The notes below the pieces were generated by a model. It ran no database searches. It had not been told where the DNA came from and saw nothing but the letters and a program-made list of their open reading frames with translations. A stretch of 32,000 nt of DNA. Origin: an archaeon. GTDB lineage: Archaea; Iainarchaeota; Iainarchaeia; Iainarchaeales; CSSED10-239. The stretch covers positions 1 to 32,000 of the forward strand of contig DAOOUC010000007.1 in the NCBI GenBank assembly GCA_035390665.1. Direction: 5' to 3'. Shown piece after piece: positions 1-8,148 of this stretch (within the stretch, counting starts at the first letter, position 1; each line of letters starts with the position of its first letter). A program made the position numbers and the translations under genes.

Positions 1-1130
1 AAAGTGATTTTATTTTCGTAGGTCTTGTAGGAATGATGGATCCACCAAGAGCAGATGTTAAAGATGCTTTATTGATTGCAAAAAAAGCAGGAATTACAAC
101 AAAGATTATAACAGGAGATAATCCATTAACAGCAAAAGCAATAGCTGAAAAAATTGGAATAAAGAATCCTGTGGTTGTAAAAACTGATATTCTTGATGGC
201 TTAACAGACAAAGAAGCAACAGAATTAATTTATAAAACAGACATTTTTGCAAGAGCAAGACCTGAACACAAATACAGAATTGTTTCCTTGCTTCAACAAT
301 CAGGAGAAATTGTTGCAGTAACTGGAGATGGTATTAATGATGCTCCTGCTCTTAAGAAAGCAGATATTGGTATAGCCATGGGAATCAAGGGGACTGAAGC
401 CAGTAAAGAAGTTTCTTCTATTGTCTTAAAAGATGATAATTATTCTACAATAATTTCTGCAATTGAAGAGGGAAGAAAAATATATGATAATATCTTAATG
501 TTTGTAAGATATATGCTTGCTGTTAATTTTGATTTGTTGTTTACTGTTTCTTTATTAACAATTCTTGCATTTCCAATTCCTATTCTTGCTTTACAGATAT
601 TATGGATAAATCTAATAACAGACTCTCTTCCAGCAATCGCTCTTGGCAGAAAACCAGCTGCAAAAAATATTATGTTAAGGTCTCCAAAAGTAGATAAGAA
701 AGAAACTTTTAGATATTTTACTGTTTTTATTATTGTTGCTTTAATTATCAAGATTGTTGGAGAATTAATATTGTTTTCATATGGTTTAGGAATTGATACA
801 TCTTTAGGGATTAATTCTTTTGATATTTCTCAAAATTCTTATGCTAGAACTCTTTTAGTTACAGCAATTGTAATGTTTGAATTAATATTTGCTTTTGCTT
901 GTAATTCTGATGGTTCATTAAATCCAAAAAGATTATTTTCAAATAAATTCTTGAACTATAGTGTCTTAATTGTCTTTGGGCTACAATTGTTCTTTGTTTA
1001 TAATCCATTTATGCAGACTGCCTTTAACACAATGGCTTTGTCTTTAATGGATTGGACATATATATTTGGTTTTAGTTTATTGTCTTTCTTAGTTATTCCA
1101 ATAACTAACTTTTTTACAAAAAGACAATAA
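1..1130 (+). CDS. P-type cation-transporting ATPase, C-terminal part (P2 / Ca2+-ATPase-like); 5' end lies outside the window
   Basis: The frame is open to the window edge (..DFIFVGLVGMMDPPR precedes the first Met at 33). P-type hallmarks are present: DPPR, TGDN and the hinge GDGINDAPALKKADIGIAMG. A multi-helix C-terminal membrane domain follows, with LQILWINLITDSLPAIALG as in Ca2+-type pumps. Confidence 0.9.
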   Translation, partial: SDFIFVGLVGMMDPPRADVKDALLIAKKAGITTKIITGDNPLTAKAIAEKIGIKNPVVVKTDILDGLTDKEATELIYKTDIFARARPEHKYRIVSLLQQSGEIVAVTGDGINDAPALKKADIGIAMGIKGTEASKEVSSIVLKDDNYSTIISAIEEGRKIYDNILMFVRYMLAVNFDLLFTVSLLTILAFPIPILALQILWINLITDSLPAIALGRKPAAKNIMLRSPKVDKKETFRYFTVFIIVALIIKIVGELILFSYGLGIDTSLGINSFDISQNSYARTLLVTAIVMFELIFAFACNSDGSLNPKRLFSNKFLNYSVLIVFGLQLFFVYNPFMQTAFNTMALSLMDWTYIFGFSLLSFLVIPITNFFTKRQ

Positions 1131-1186
1131 CCATTTAAAAATAAATTGTTCTTATATTTATTACTAATTTAAATATAAGATAAAAA

Positions 1187-2335
1187 ATGCCTACAAGAAT
1201 AAAAAGAGAGCCAACAGAAAATACTTGGCAAGCAGAGCTAATAACTCAAACAAGAAATGGAAATATTAAAGATATTTCTGAAATATTACCACTTATTACT
1301 CCAGGACAAGATCTAAGAATTGGATTAGATAATATTCTTGATGGCCAGACTGGCGGGTTAATTGTTATCGGCTTTAATGATTCTTTAAAAGAGATAACAA
1401 AAGCAGGCTTTGACTTAAGTGTTCCATTTACTCCAGAAAAGATGTTTGAACTTGCAAAAATGGATGGTGCAATAATTATTTCAAATGACTTATCTAAAAT
1501 CTTATATGCAAATTGTCATTTAATGCCAGATAGAACAATAGAAACAGAAGAGACAGGAATTAGACATAGAAGTGCAGAGCAGACAGCTAAACAAACAGGC
1601 CTACCTGTAATTGCAGTTTCTAAAAGAAGAAGTTTGATTTCTCTTTTTTATAGAGAACAAAAATATGTTCTTCAGGATTTAGGGTTATTGATTGTTAAAG
1701 CTAACCATAGTATTAATGCCTTAAGAGGATATAGGGAAAGAATTGATTCTGTTTTAGATGTTTTAACCTATAATGAACTAAATAATCCTTCTTCTTTTGT
1801 TCTTTTAGAGGAAGCTGTATCTGTAGTCCAAAAGATTCTTTATTTTTATAGACATGTCTTAGAACTTGATAGAATGGTAATTGAACTTGGAGATCAAGGA
1901 AGAGATATTGTTCAAAGTATGTATGAGTATGAGTATGGTTTAGATGATATCTTATCATTGATTCTTCAAGACTATTCAGAAAGTGCAACAACTAAAGAAA
2001 AAGCAGACGCCCTTGTCTTGGAATTAAAACAATTAGATTTAAGATCAATTTCAGACAACAAAAAACTAGCAACAATAGCAGACATTCCAATATCAAAAAC
2101 TCCAGAAGAGATTATGAAGTTTCCAAGAGGTTATAGAATTTTTTCAAAGATTTCAAAAGTTAAAAGAAAGACAATAGATAAACTAATACAATCTAAAAAA
2201 TGCATTGCAGAGATACTAAAATCAAGTGTTGAAGATATTTCTATGTCAGCAGATATTGATTTAAATACTGCCAAATATATTAGAGCAAAACTTGATGAAG
2301 TTTCTGAGAAATTAATTGATCCAATCTTTGAATAA
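1187..2335 (+). CDS. disA: DisA-type diadenylate cyclase (DNA integrity scanning protein; c-di-AMP synthase)
   Basis: It is collinear by eye with Bacillus DisA. The N-terminal DAC domain reads TGGLIVIG..ELAKMDGAIIIS..ILYANCHLMPD..ETGIRHRSAEQTAKQTG (DGA and RHR motifs). A helical linker follows, then a C-terminal PRGYR..HhH-like region (SVEDISMSADIDLNTAKYIRAKL). Confidence 0.88.
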   Translation: MPTRIKREPTENTWQAELITQTRNGNIKDISEILPLITPGQDLRIGLDNILDGQTGGLIVIGFNDSLKEITKAGFDLSVPFTPEKMFELAKMDGAIIISNDLSKILYANCHLMPDRTIETEETGIRHRSAEQTAKQTGLPVIAVSKRRSLISLFYREQKYVLQDLGLLIVKANHSINALRGYRERIDSVLDVLTYNELNNPSSFVLLEEAVSVVQKILYFYRHVLELDRMVIELGDQGRDIVQSMYEYEYGLDDILSLILQDYSESATTKEKADALVLELKQLDLRSISDNKKLATIADIPISKTPEEIMKFPRGYRIFSKISKVKRKTIDKLIQSKKCIAEILKSSVEDISMSADIDLNTAKYIRAKLDEVSEKLIDPIFE

Positions 2336-2340
2336 AACAA

Positions 2341-3513
2341 TTAAGGAATAATCTCTGGACCAATATATTTTTCAAAATCAAAGTCTTTTCTTTTTATTTT
2401 TCCTTCTTTTATTAGTTTTTTTATTTCTGGAATCTTAGTTTCTAGTTTTTCTATGGTTTTTCTTGTAATTTGGCAAAGTAATTCAAATTCTTTTTCTTTC
2501 CAAGGGTTTGTTAGATTAGAATAAAGGCATCTGCCTCCGCAAATCTTTAAGATATCACAAGTTTGGCATTTTCCTGATGGTCTTATTTGCTTTTTTTTAA
2601 TGACGTCAGGGGTGTCATTTACCTCTCCAAGATAAAAGTCCTTCATTCCAACCATTATTGGGCAAGGAATAATCTTTCCGTCTGTTTGTATACTGTAGTT
2701 TGCAAAACCAGAACCACATGGGAGATAGCATTTATTAGTTTCAAATTCATAAGTGCCTTCTTCAAGTTCAAATATTCTGTTAATTATTCCTAAGAAAGGA
2801 TATAGCTTTATGACTTTTCCATTTTTCATTTCTTCAATCCAGTAATCTATAAGTTTTTCAATTCCTGGAATATAGTTTTCTTTAATCCATTTCTCCCAAT
2901 TACGAAATTCAAAATCAGGATAGAAATTAGCATTAAGTTGCCAGTGTATTTCTTTAAATTTAAATTCAGGGTTATTTAATAAAAATATTACCTCTTTATA
3001 GATGTCTGTTGGTTCCATAATTGTCATTCTTGCAATAATGTTACCAGAGTATCCATTCTTTGTAATAAATTTAAGATTATTTATTATCTTTTGATAAGTT
3101 CCTATTCCTCTAAAATGGTCTGTATTTTCTTTTTGCCCATCAATTGAAACAAGAATAGTTTTTATTTTGTTTAGTTTTTCTGTTGAAATTTTATCTAATA
3201 AAGTCCCATTAGTTTGCATAGCATAATTGATTGGAAAATCAATTCTTTCAATTATTTCTTCTATTTCTTTTGTGGAAAGTAAAGGTTCTCCACCATAGAA
3301 GATTAGCCATTTATTTTCAGGAGAGTCGTTATCTTTTCTTAAGAATTCAATTATTTCTGGAATAGATATTTTAAGCTTTGAAGGCACATTTTCATCTATA
3401 TTGATTTTAGGAATACTTTCATAATTAGAATTAATCTTTTCATCAAATGCCATTTGTGAGCAATACTTACAATCCAAGTTACAATAATTATTAATAACAA
3501 GATGATATTTCAT
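2341..3513 (-). CDS. Radical SAM enzyme with C-terminal SPASM domain (anSME / AF0577-like maturase family)
   Basis: N-terminal CNLDCKYC is the CX3CX2C radical SAM cluster motif. The C-terminal part has CGSGFANYSIQTDGKIIPC (GX4C) and CQTCDILKICGGRC (CX2CX5CX3C), the SPASM auxiliary-cluster signature. Confidence 0.85.
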   Translation of the reverse strand: MKYHLVINNYCNLDCKYCSQMAFDEKINSNYESIPKINIDENVPSKLKISIPEIIEFLRKDNDSPENKWLIFYGGEPLLSTKEIEEIIERIDFPINYAMQTNGTLLDKISTEKLNKIKTILVSIDGQKENTDHFRGIGTYQKIINNLKFITKNGYSGNIIARMTIMEPTDIYKEVIFLLNNPEFKFKEIHWQLNANFYPDFEFRNWEKWIKENYIPGIEKLIDYWIEEMKNGKVIKLYPFLGIINRIFELEEGTYEFETNKCYLPCGSGFANYSIQTDGKIIPCPIMVGMKDFYLGEVNDTPDVIKKKQIRPSGKCQTCDILKICGGRCLYSNLTNPWKEKEFELLCQITRKTIEKLETKIPEIKKLIKEGKIKRKDFDFEKYIGPEIIP

Positions 3514-3625
3514 GAAATCACATTATTTTGTTAGAATAACATAAGTTTATAGAATTTAAGAATAAAAGTATTTATAAAATAAATGATTCTAATCTTATAT
3601 ATAATATATAAAATGAAGATTACAA

Positions 3626-4960
3626 TTGAAAGACGAATACAGTTCAAAGATTTCAGTAAAAGATAGATTGATTTTATTTAGTATCTTTGTAATTATATCT
3701 GTTTTAATTTATTTAAGTTCGTTAGTTTCAATTAAATTGCTTGTTTCGATAATTATTTTAATTATTTTTTTATATACTATTGTCCTATTGTTTATTGTCA
3801 ATTTATTTTATAAATCAGAACATAAGAATTATAAATTTCCTAAAACCCCTCCTTCTGTTGCTGTTGTTACTTATGCATATAATAATTTTAAAGGCATTGA
3901 ATCTCAAATTGATATTTTATTAAAATTAGATTATCCTATTCCATATAATGTTTATTTAATTAATGATGGTACTTTTGAGCATTTAAAAAATAAAAAAGGT
4001 TTAAAACTAATTAATATTGATAAAAAATACTTTAAAAGTGGAAATATTAAAGCGCAAATAATGAATATTGGCTTTAAAAAATTAAAAGAAGAAAATATTT
4101 TGTGTATGGATGGAGACACAATTCCACAAAAAGATGTTTTAATGAAGATGACTCCTCTTTTAGAAGGAAATACAAAGGCAGTAATTGGGTGTATTTTGCC
4201 ATCAAATAGAAACAATTTAATTGAAAAACTTCAAGTATATGAGTATATTTTAAATTTTGGATTATGGGCAAGAGGGCTTTCATTAATGAACAGCATGTTT
4301 GTTGTTGTTGGTGCACTTAATTTAATTAAAAGAGAAGCTTTTCTAGAAGTTGGCGGTTTTGATATTTATAATATTGTTGAAGATGAAGATTTGGCTTTCA
4401 AATTTCACGAAAGAGGTTATAATATAAAACACACAATTGATGCAAGAGCAGAAACAGATGTTCCAAGTACTTTCTCTAAATTTAAAAGACAGAGAATTAG
4501 ATGGTATAGAGGGGCATTTTATACCTGGTTAAAATATAAAAGATTTTGGTTTAATTCTAAATTAAATGCATTCGGCACTTTTTTCTTACCTTATTTCTTG
4601 TTTGTAAATATTGTAGGTATTGCTTTATTTTTAAAATATATAATTGTAAATATTAGGCAACAATTAACATATATCTATTATTATCTTGTAGAATTAATTG
4701 TAAGTAAGTCATTTTATATTCATTTTAGTTTACCATCTTTGAATAATTTATATTTCCCACCAACATTATTGTTTTGGTTAGTTAGTATGTCGATTACGTT
4801 ATTATTTTTGATTTTTTCTTTTAATTTTTTAGATTATAAGCTTAAATTTAAAGAACTTCCAGTATTTTTAATATTTGTTATGTTTTTTGGACTTGCTATT
4901 GTTTTAATGTATCTAGAGTCCTTGGTTTTAGAATTTTTAGGAATAAGTTATAAATGGTGA
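3626..4960 (+). CDS. Membrane-integrated family-2 glycosyltransferase, processive beta-glycan synthase type (PgaC/IcaA/NodC/CesA-like)
   Basis: Two N-terminal TM helices are followed by a GT-A core with LINDGT, MDGDT (DxD), VEDEDL (xED) and QRIRWYRG (Q(Q/R)xRW), then 4-5 C-terminal TM helices. The start is a TTG taken from the ORF track, so the exact start is uncertain. Confidence 0.8.
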   Translation: MKDEYSSKISVKDRLILFSIFVIISVLIYLSSLVSIKLLVSIIILIIFLYTIVLLFIVNLFYKSEHKNYKFPKTPPSVAVVTYAYNNFKGIESQIDILLKLDYPIPYNVYLINDGTFEHLKNKKGLKLINIDKKYFKSGNIKAQIMNIGFKKLKEENILCMDGDTIPQKDVLMKMTPLLEGNTKAVIGCILPSNRNNLIEKLQVYEYILNFGLWARGLSLMNSMFVVVGALNLIKREAFLEVGGFDIYNIVEDEDLAFKFHERGYNIKHTIDARAETDVPSTFSKFKRQRIRWYRGAFYTWLKYKRFWFNSKLNAFGTFFLPYFLFVNIVGIALFLKYIIVNIRQQLTYIYYYLVELIVSKSFYIHFSLPSLNNLYFPPTLLFWLVSMSITLLFLIFSFNFLDYKLKFKELPVFLIFVMFFGLAIVLMYLESLVLEFLGISYKW

Positions 4961-4964
4961 AAAA

Positions 4965-5645
4965 ATGGTTAAGAATATGATTAAAAACAATATTTTATTG
5001 TTTACTTTATTTGTTTTAATAGTGATAGTGATATTTAGTTTTACATTGGTTGTTTTTTATGATACCTATAGTAGAAATAAACTATCAGATGAATATTTCT
5101 TAGTTCAAAATCAGTTAATGCTTGATGATTTATATAATACCTATCTACAAGAAAGTAATTCTAAAGAACTAGGTTGTGGAGTATTAACTAAACAGATAGA
5201 TTCTTTATTTGTTTTTCAAGAAAATTTATTTACTAGATTACAGAAAATCAATAAAGATGGAATTGTTTACAGTGATAATAAATTAAAATTTACTTATGTT
5301 TTAACTAATGTTAGAATTTGGTTATATTATAACAAATTAAACACTAATTGTAATATGAAACAAAACGTTGCACTTTTTTTCTATCCTGAAATAAGAGGAA
5401 ATACTTCAGAAGAAATACAACAAGATGTAAAAACAATGTTTTTTGAAAATCAATTAAAATATTATAGAGATAATTGTTCATTAAATGTAATTGCATTACC
5501 ATATCAAAAAGAAATTCCTATTATTAATCAATTAATATTAGATTATAATATTGGAAATGGTCCTGCAATATATTATGAAAATAAAGTATATTATGATATA
5601 ACAAAAGAAGAATCAGATTTCTTTAAAGATATAAGATGCAATTGA
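4965..5645 (+). CDS. Hypothetical N-terminally membrane-anchored extracytoplasmic protein (GT2 operon member)
   Basis: A 226-aa ORF begins 4 nt after the GT2 stop on the same strand. It has one N-terminal TM helix (ILLFTLFVLIVIVIFSFTLVVF). No motif was recognised. Confidence 0.55.
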   Translation: MVKNMIKNNILLFTLFVLIVIVIFSFTLVVFYDTYSRNKLSDEYFLVQNQLMLDDLYNTYLQESNSKELGCGVLTKQIDSLFVFQENLFTRLQKINKDGIVYSDNKLKFTYVLTNVRIWLYYNKLNTNCNMKQNVALFFYPEIRGNTSEEIQQDVKTMFFENQLKYYRDNCSLNVIALPYQKEIPIINQLILDYNIGNGPAIYYENKVYYDITKEESDFFKDIRCN

Positions 5646-5656
5646 GGTTTTAATTT

Positions 5657-6019
5657 ATGAAGAAATTATATTTAATTATCGGAATATTTATTTTAATTGT
5701 AATTTCAGTTTTAGGATATTATTTTACGATGCCAATAAAAAATTTTACGGTTGAATTTTCTGAAAAATTCTCCTCGAGTGGCGGAGATAGAACAATTTTC
5801 TTAAATTATATTGTAGAAAATGGAACTGTTATTTCTTGTGATAAAGTTTTAAAAATAACGACTCTTAATGATTCTGTTGGAATTAAAAATTCTGAAACTT
5901 GTGATTTATTTGAATTATTAGACGATAAATATCCTAAAGTATATTATAGATTTCAATCAAAACAAAAAATGGTTAATTATGGGAGAGGCAGTTATTCTTA
6001 CATTATTATATTGAATTGA
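5657..6019 (+). CDS. Hypothetical small N-terminally membrane-anchored protein (GT2 operon member)
   Basis: A 120-aa ORF begins 11 nt after the previous gene. It has one N-terminal TM helix. No motif was recognised. Confidence 0.5.
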   Translation: MKKLYLIIGIFILIVISVLGYYFTMPIKNFTVEFSEKFSSSGGDRTIFLNYIVENGTVISCDKVLKITTLNDSVGIKNSETCDLFELLDDKYPKVYYRFQSKQKMVNYGRGSYSYIIILN

Positions 6020-6021
6020 TA

Positions 6022-6765
6022 TTATTCTAACAATAACATCAGCATCATTATTCCAATTCCTAGTATTAATCCAAAAAATTGTATCGCTGTCTTCTTTAAC
6101 CCTATGTCTTTTTTCATTTCTGGTATTAAGTCAGCTGTTGCTATGTAAATAAATCCTCCAGCAGTTATTGCTATCATTATGCTTGAAAAGGATTCAATGT
6201 TTTTGCTTAAAACTAAACCAACGATTCCTCCAAATATTGCAGTTAAAGAAATTAAAAAGTTCATAAGTAGTGCTTTCTTTTTTGAATATCCTGCATATAA
6301 TAACACTCCAAAATCTCCGATTTCTTGTGGAATCTCGTGTAAAAGTACAGCTAATGTTGTTGCTATCCCAAGAGGAATACTAACAATATAACTTGTGGCA
6401 ATAATTATTCCGTCTAAAAAATTATGAAAAGCATCTCCTACAAGATTCATTGTTGCTAATGGATGTGGGTGGTCTTTACATGTTGGTTGATGGCAGTGTC
6501 TCCAGTGTATTATTTTTTCTAAGATAAAGAACGCTAAGATTCCTCCAATTATTGCTAAAGGTATTGTTTCTATGCCTGATTCCATAGATTCAGGTAAAAG
6601 ATGAATAAATGCATCTCCTAAAAGAGCACCAGCAGAAAAACTAATTAAAAAGAGTAAAAGATTAGGTAAATGTTTTTCTTTCGTAAAGAAGATAGTTATT
6701 CCTAAGATTGAAATAATACTAATAAGTAAGATACTAATTAAAGTATAAAATATAATTGTAAGCAT
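6022..6765 (-). CDS. ZIP-family divalent metal (Zn/Fe) transporter
   Basis: The protein is polytopic, with the HNFLDG and LLHEIPQEIGDF motifs typical of ZIP/GufA transporters. A His-rich loop (WRHCHQPTCKDHPHP) is also present. Confidence 0.85.
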   Translation of the reverse strand: MLTIIFYTLISILLISIISILGITIFFTKEKHLPNLLLFLISFSAGALLGDAFIHLLPESMESGIETIPLAIIGGILAFFILEKIIHWRHCHQPTCKDHPHPLATMNLVGDAFHNFLDGIIIATSYIVSIPLGIATTLAVLLHEIPQEIGDFGVLLYAGYSKKKALLMNFLISLTAIFGGIVGLVLSKNIESFSSIMIAITAGGFIYIATADLIPEMKKDIGLKKTAIQFFGLILGIGIMMLMLLLE

Positions 6766-6836
6766 AAATATAATTTATTAAGATACAATTTATAAACTCT
6801 TTTGAGAGTAAAGATATTTATGGGAGACAATCAAAC

Positions 6837-7589
6837 ATGCCTAAAAAGATTGGAAGAATAAGACAACCAACATTTCTTGTTAAGAAAGTTCTAGCAAAAG
6901 AATATTCTGATTCAAATGCAAAAAATAAAAATAAAGCTTGGCATGAATATTCAGATGGTGGATTACATAGATATACTGATGTTTTTTCATGGGTACTAGC
7001 TAAAAGACCTATAAATCACATACTTCAATTAAATAAAAAGAATCCAAATATCTTATTTTTAGGCCCAGCAAAAGGGGAATATATTATTCCATTTAAAGAA
7101 GAATTAATATCTAAAGGCAAAAGTCCAAAAATTGATGTTTTTGGATTGTTTAAAGAAACATTGTCTGAAAATGTAAGAAAAGAAATAACTAAAGATTATT
7201 CTATGGAAACTGCTTTTGAATCATTAGATCCAAGAAATCCAAATCACAGGCAATTATTATTAGAAATGATTGGTAAATATGATTTGATTATGGCTCCAAT
7301 GAGTGTAACCTATCAAACAAATTATCCAGCTTTTGCTCTTTATCAATCTGCTTTAATGTTATCTAAAAATGGAAAAGCATATTTGGAAGTAAGGTCTTTA
7401 AATTCTGCATCCTTAGCAGGAAACCAAAGAATAGAAAAACAATTACCACAATTGGAAAAATTATTTAATAGATTTATCTCGATATATAATAAAAAAAGCA
7501 ATAAACAAAACAAATATAATTTTAAGATTCTAGGAGATATAAAAACGCACCCTGTTGGTGTGTTTGTAGAAATAGAAAGAACAAATTAG
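6837..7589 (+). CDS. Hypothetical protein (weak Rossmann/methyltransferase-like pattern only)
   Basis: This is a 250-aa ORF. ILFLGPAKGE..IDVFGL..YDLIMAP..LSKNGKAYLEV loosely resembles class I methyltransferase motifs I-IV, which is not enough for a functional call. Confidence 0.45.
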   Translation: MPKKIGRIRQPTFLVKKVLAKEYSDSNAKNKNKAWHEYSDGGLHRYTDVFSWVLAKRPINHILQLNKKNPNILFLGPAKGEYIIPFKEELISKGKSPKIDVFGLFKETLSENVRKEITKDYSMETAFESLDPRNPNHRQLLLEMIGKYDLIMAPMSVTYQTNYPAFALYQSALMLSKNGKAYLEVRSLNSASLAGNQRIEKQLPQLEKLFNRFISIYNKKSNKQNKYNFKILGDIKTHPVGVFVEIERTN

Positions 7590-7591
7590 AT

Positions 7592-8148
7592 GTGAATAAA
7601 ATGGATAAAATAGAAAAAGCAATGATATTTGCTTATGAAAGACACAAGACCCAGAAGAGAAAAACAAATAGTTGCCCTTATTTTGTACATCTTATGGATG
7701 TTGTGTCTATTCTTTACAAAGAAGGAGCAAGTGAAGATTTGATTTGTGCAGGATATCTGCATGATTCTGTTGAATATTTCGAATATACTAAAGTTACAGG
7801 AGAAGAGATTAAAAAGAGTTTGGAGATAAAATAGCAAATTTAGTTATGGCTGTAACAGAAACAGACAAGTCTCTTTCTTGGCTTGAAAGAAAAACCACAA
7901 GTATTGAACATTTAAAAACTGCAAGCAGAGAAGTAAAAATATTAAAATGTGCAGACAAGTTATCAAACATAAGAGATATTTTTAGAGATTCTAAAAAATT
8001 TGGAGAAGACAAAGTATTTTCTAATTTTAAGGTTGGAAAAGAACAGCAAAAGATATATTACAAAGGAGTCTTAGAGCAATTTGAAGAAATTAAAGACACA
8101 GAAATGTATAAAGAATATAAAAAACTTGTAGCAAAAATATTTGATTAA
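7592..8148 (+). pseudogene. RelA/SpoT-type HD-domain phosphohydrolase ((p)ppGpp hydrolase-like, HD_4), split by a frameshift at the A5 run 7811-7815
   Basis: ORF 7592-7834 (..YFVHLMDVV..ICAGYLHDSVEY..GEEIKK) and ORF 7846-8148 are in frames offset by -1. Reading the second frame back to 7813 gives KEFGDKIANLVMAVTETDK. This restores the conserved eeI..FG..va.LV..vT block of this family. Confidence 0.75.

Noticed and set aside
440-751. Antisense or out-of-frame ORFs in the track that lie inside longer, motif-supported genes. They are 440-751, 1713-1991, 2131-2340, 2587-2793, 3952-4215, 4074-4316, 6179-6391, 7586-7837, 7809-8012, 8190-8423, 9369-9596, 9690-9926, 10453-10668, 11230-11646, 12493-12735, 13878-14102, 18146-18355, 19361-19630, 20212-20406, 21997-22188, 25895-26122, 27322-27522, 30212-30400 and 31705-31938.
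   Set aside because: Each is fully or largely overlapped by a gene with clear family motifs on the other strand or frame. Their low-complexity Phe/Ile/Lys/Ser-rich translations are typical of shadow ORFs in AT-rich DNA. No RBS or motif support was seen.
1131-1186. AT-only inverted repeats in short intergenic spacers (e.g. AATAAAT..ATTTATT after the ATPase gene), considered as terminators.
   Set aside because: Such A/T-only pairings are expected by chance at this base composition and would be very weak helices.
1917-1938. The short tandem GTATGA/GTATGG repeat inside disA (encodes MYEYEYG), considered as a microsatellite or phase-variation tract.
   Set aside because: There are only about 3 hexamer units. 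A hexamer unit keeps the frame intact, and the tract lies in a variable linker, so there is no evidence of function.
3613-3666. A 17-codon ATG ORF (MKITIERRIQFKDFSKR) upstream of and overlapping the GT2 start, considered as a radical SAM precursor peptide or leader peptide.
   Set aside because: It has no Cys/Ser/Thr-rich core expected for an rSAM-SPASM substrate and no RBS. It is on the opposite strand to the rSAM gene and is most likely a chance ORF.
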